In this document: positions 63,373 through 64,000 of the stretch, piece by piece
Layout: each line of letters starts with the position of its first letter
Numbering within the stretch: the stretch's first letter is position 1
Source of the DNA: Haplodiscus bocki
Taxonomy: Eukaryota
DNA length: 64,000 nt
Assembly (NCBI GenBank): GCA_965655095.1
Contig: OZ296656.1
Location: forward strand, 33,976,001 to 34,040,000
Reading direction: 5' to 3'
Made by a program: the position numbers and the translations under genes
The notes under the pieces: model-generated
Databases searched by the model: none
The model's input: only the letters and a program-made list of their open reading frames with translations
Told to the model about the DNA's origin: nothing

Positions 63373-64000
63373 AAATTCCAGTAATTAACTTAATTACTTA
63401 ATTAGAAAACAAACATACGACCTTTTATCAACGTACAACTTGCCTATTCCTTTAGACGGGAAAGTCGAACATACTTTAACATTGACTAACCTCGTGTATG
63501 CAGCGTAACGAATAAACTAAATGATATACACACATTGTTTTCAGAAGATTGGCAAAATGCGTGTAAGCAAAAGACGCACTCACAATGCGTTCAAAATGAG
63601 TACATTCTTTTAAACCTGAATGACGTCAAAACGAAATCAATATACTAAAGATATTCTATTACGTATTTTTTGAGGTCAAACGAGACAAATAACCAGCTGC
63701 ACCTATTTTCAACTGACGGTTTTGAACATAACTTCAAGAAATCAGATGCAAGTTGCATCTCACTAGGACAACAACCTAGAAGGGACTTTAATTTCTTGTC
63801 ACCGGCTTTGAACATTTTTCTAACGGGTTAGCCAGCCCGCAGTCCAAATGTACTTCCGATCTCACAAGAGACAGTGTCTCTTGGATTAAACTGTACATCC
63901 AGTCATGTTAATGTTCTGAGACGCACTCCAGGAGGCTGCAAGGAGGCGTCACGACAAGAAATCAAATATCCCTTCATTTTTTTTTCTCAAAGACCATAGG

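Overview
AT-rich animal (invertebrate) genomic DNA. The repeat families look acoel-flatworm-like to me, but that is an unverified impression. The first ~14.5 kb is a compact, co-oriented minus-strand gene cluster: mitochondrial aconitase (4 exons, 770 aa, one GC-AG intron), an intronless and multiply disabled GTDC1/QTMAN pseudogene, and an APMAP/strictosidine-synthase-like gene (3 exons, 414 aa). The remaining ~49 kb is nested transposable elements. A young, near-intact CR1-type LINE (16159-21067) sits inside an old Crack/Daphne-like LINE. A second copy of that old LINE sits inside a Gypsy LTR element. There are also MITE-like elements and further decayed LINE and Gypsy remnants. Two observations stand out. 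(1) Three LINE insertions from two different families begin with the same ~32-nt leader ending in AG (consensus AGCCTAATTGTTGTGATAAACTTATTAAATAG), as expected if spliced-leader trans-spliced LINE RNAs were retrotransposed. (2) The young CR1 appears tricistronic, with an intact stand-alone SGNH-esterase-like ORF upstream of the PHD ORF1 and the APE-RT ORF2. All alignments were done by eye.
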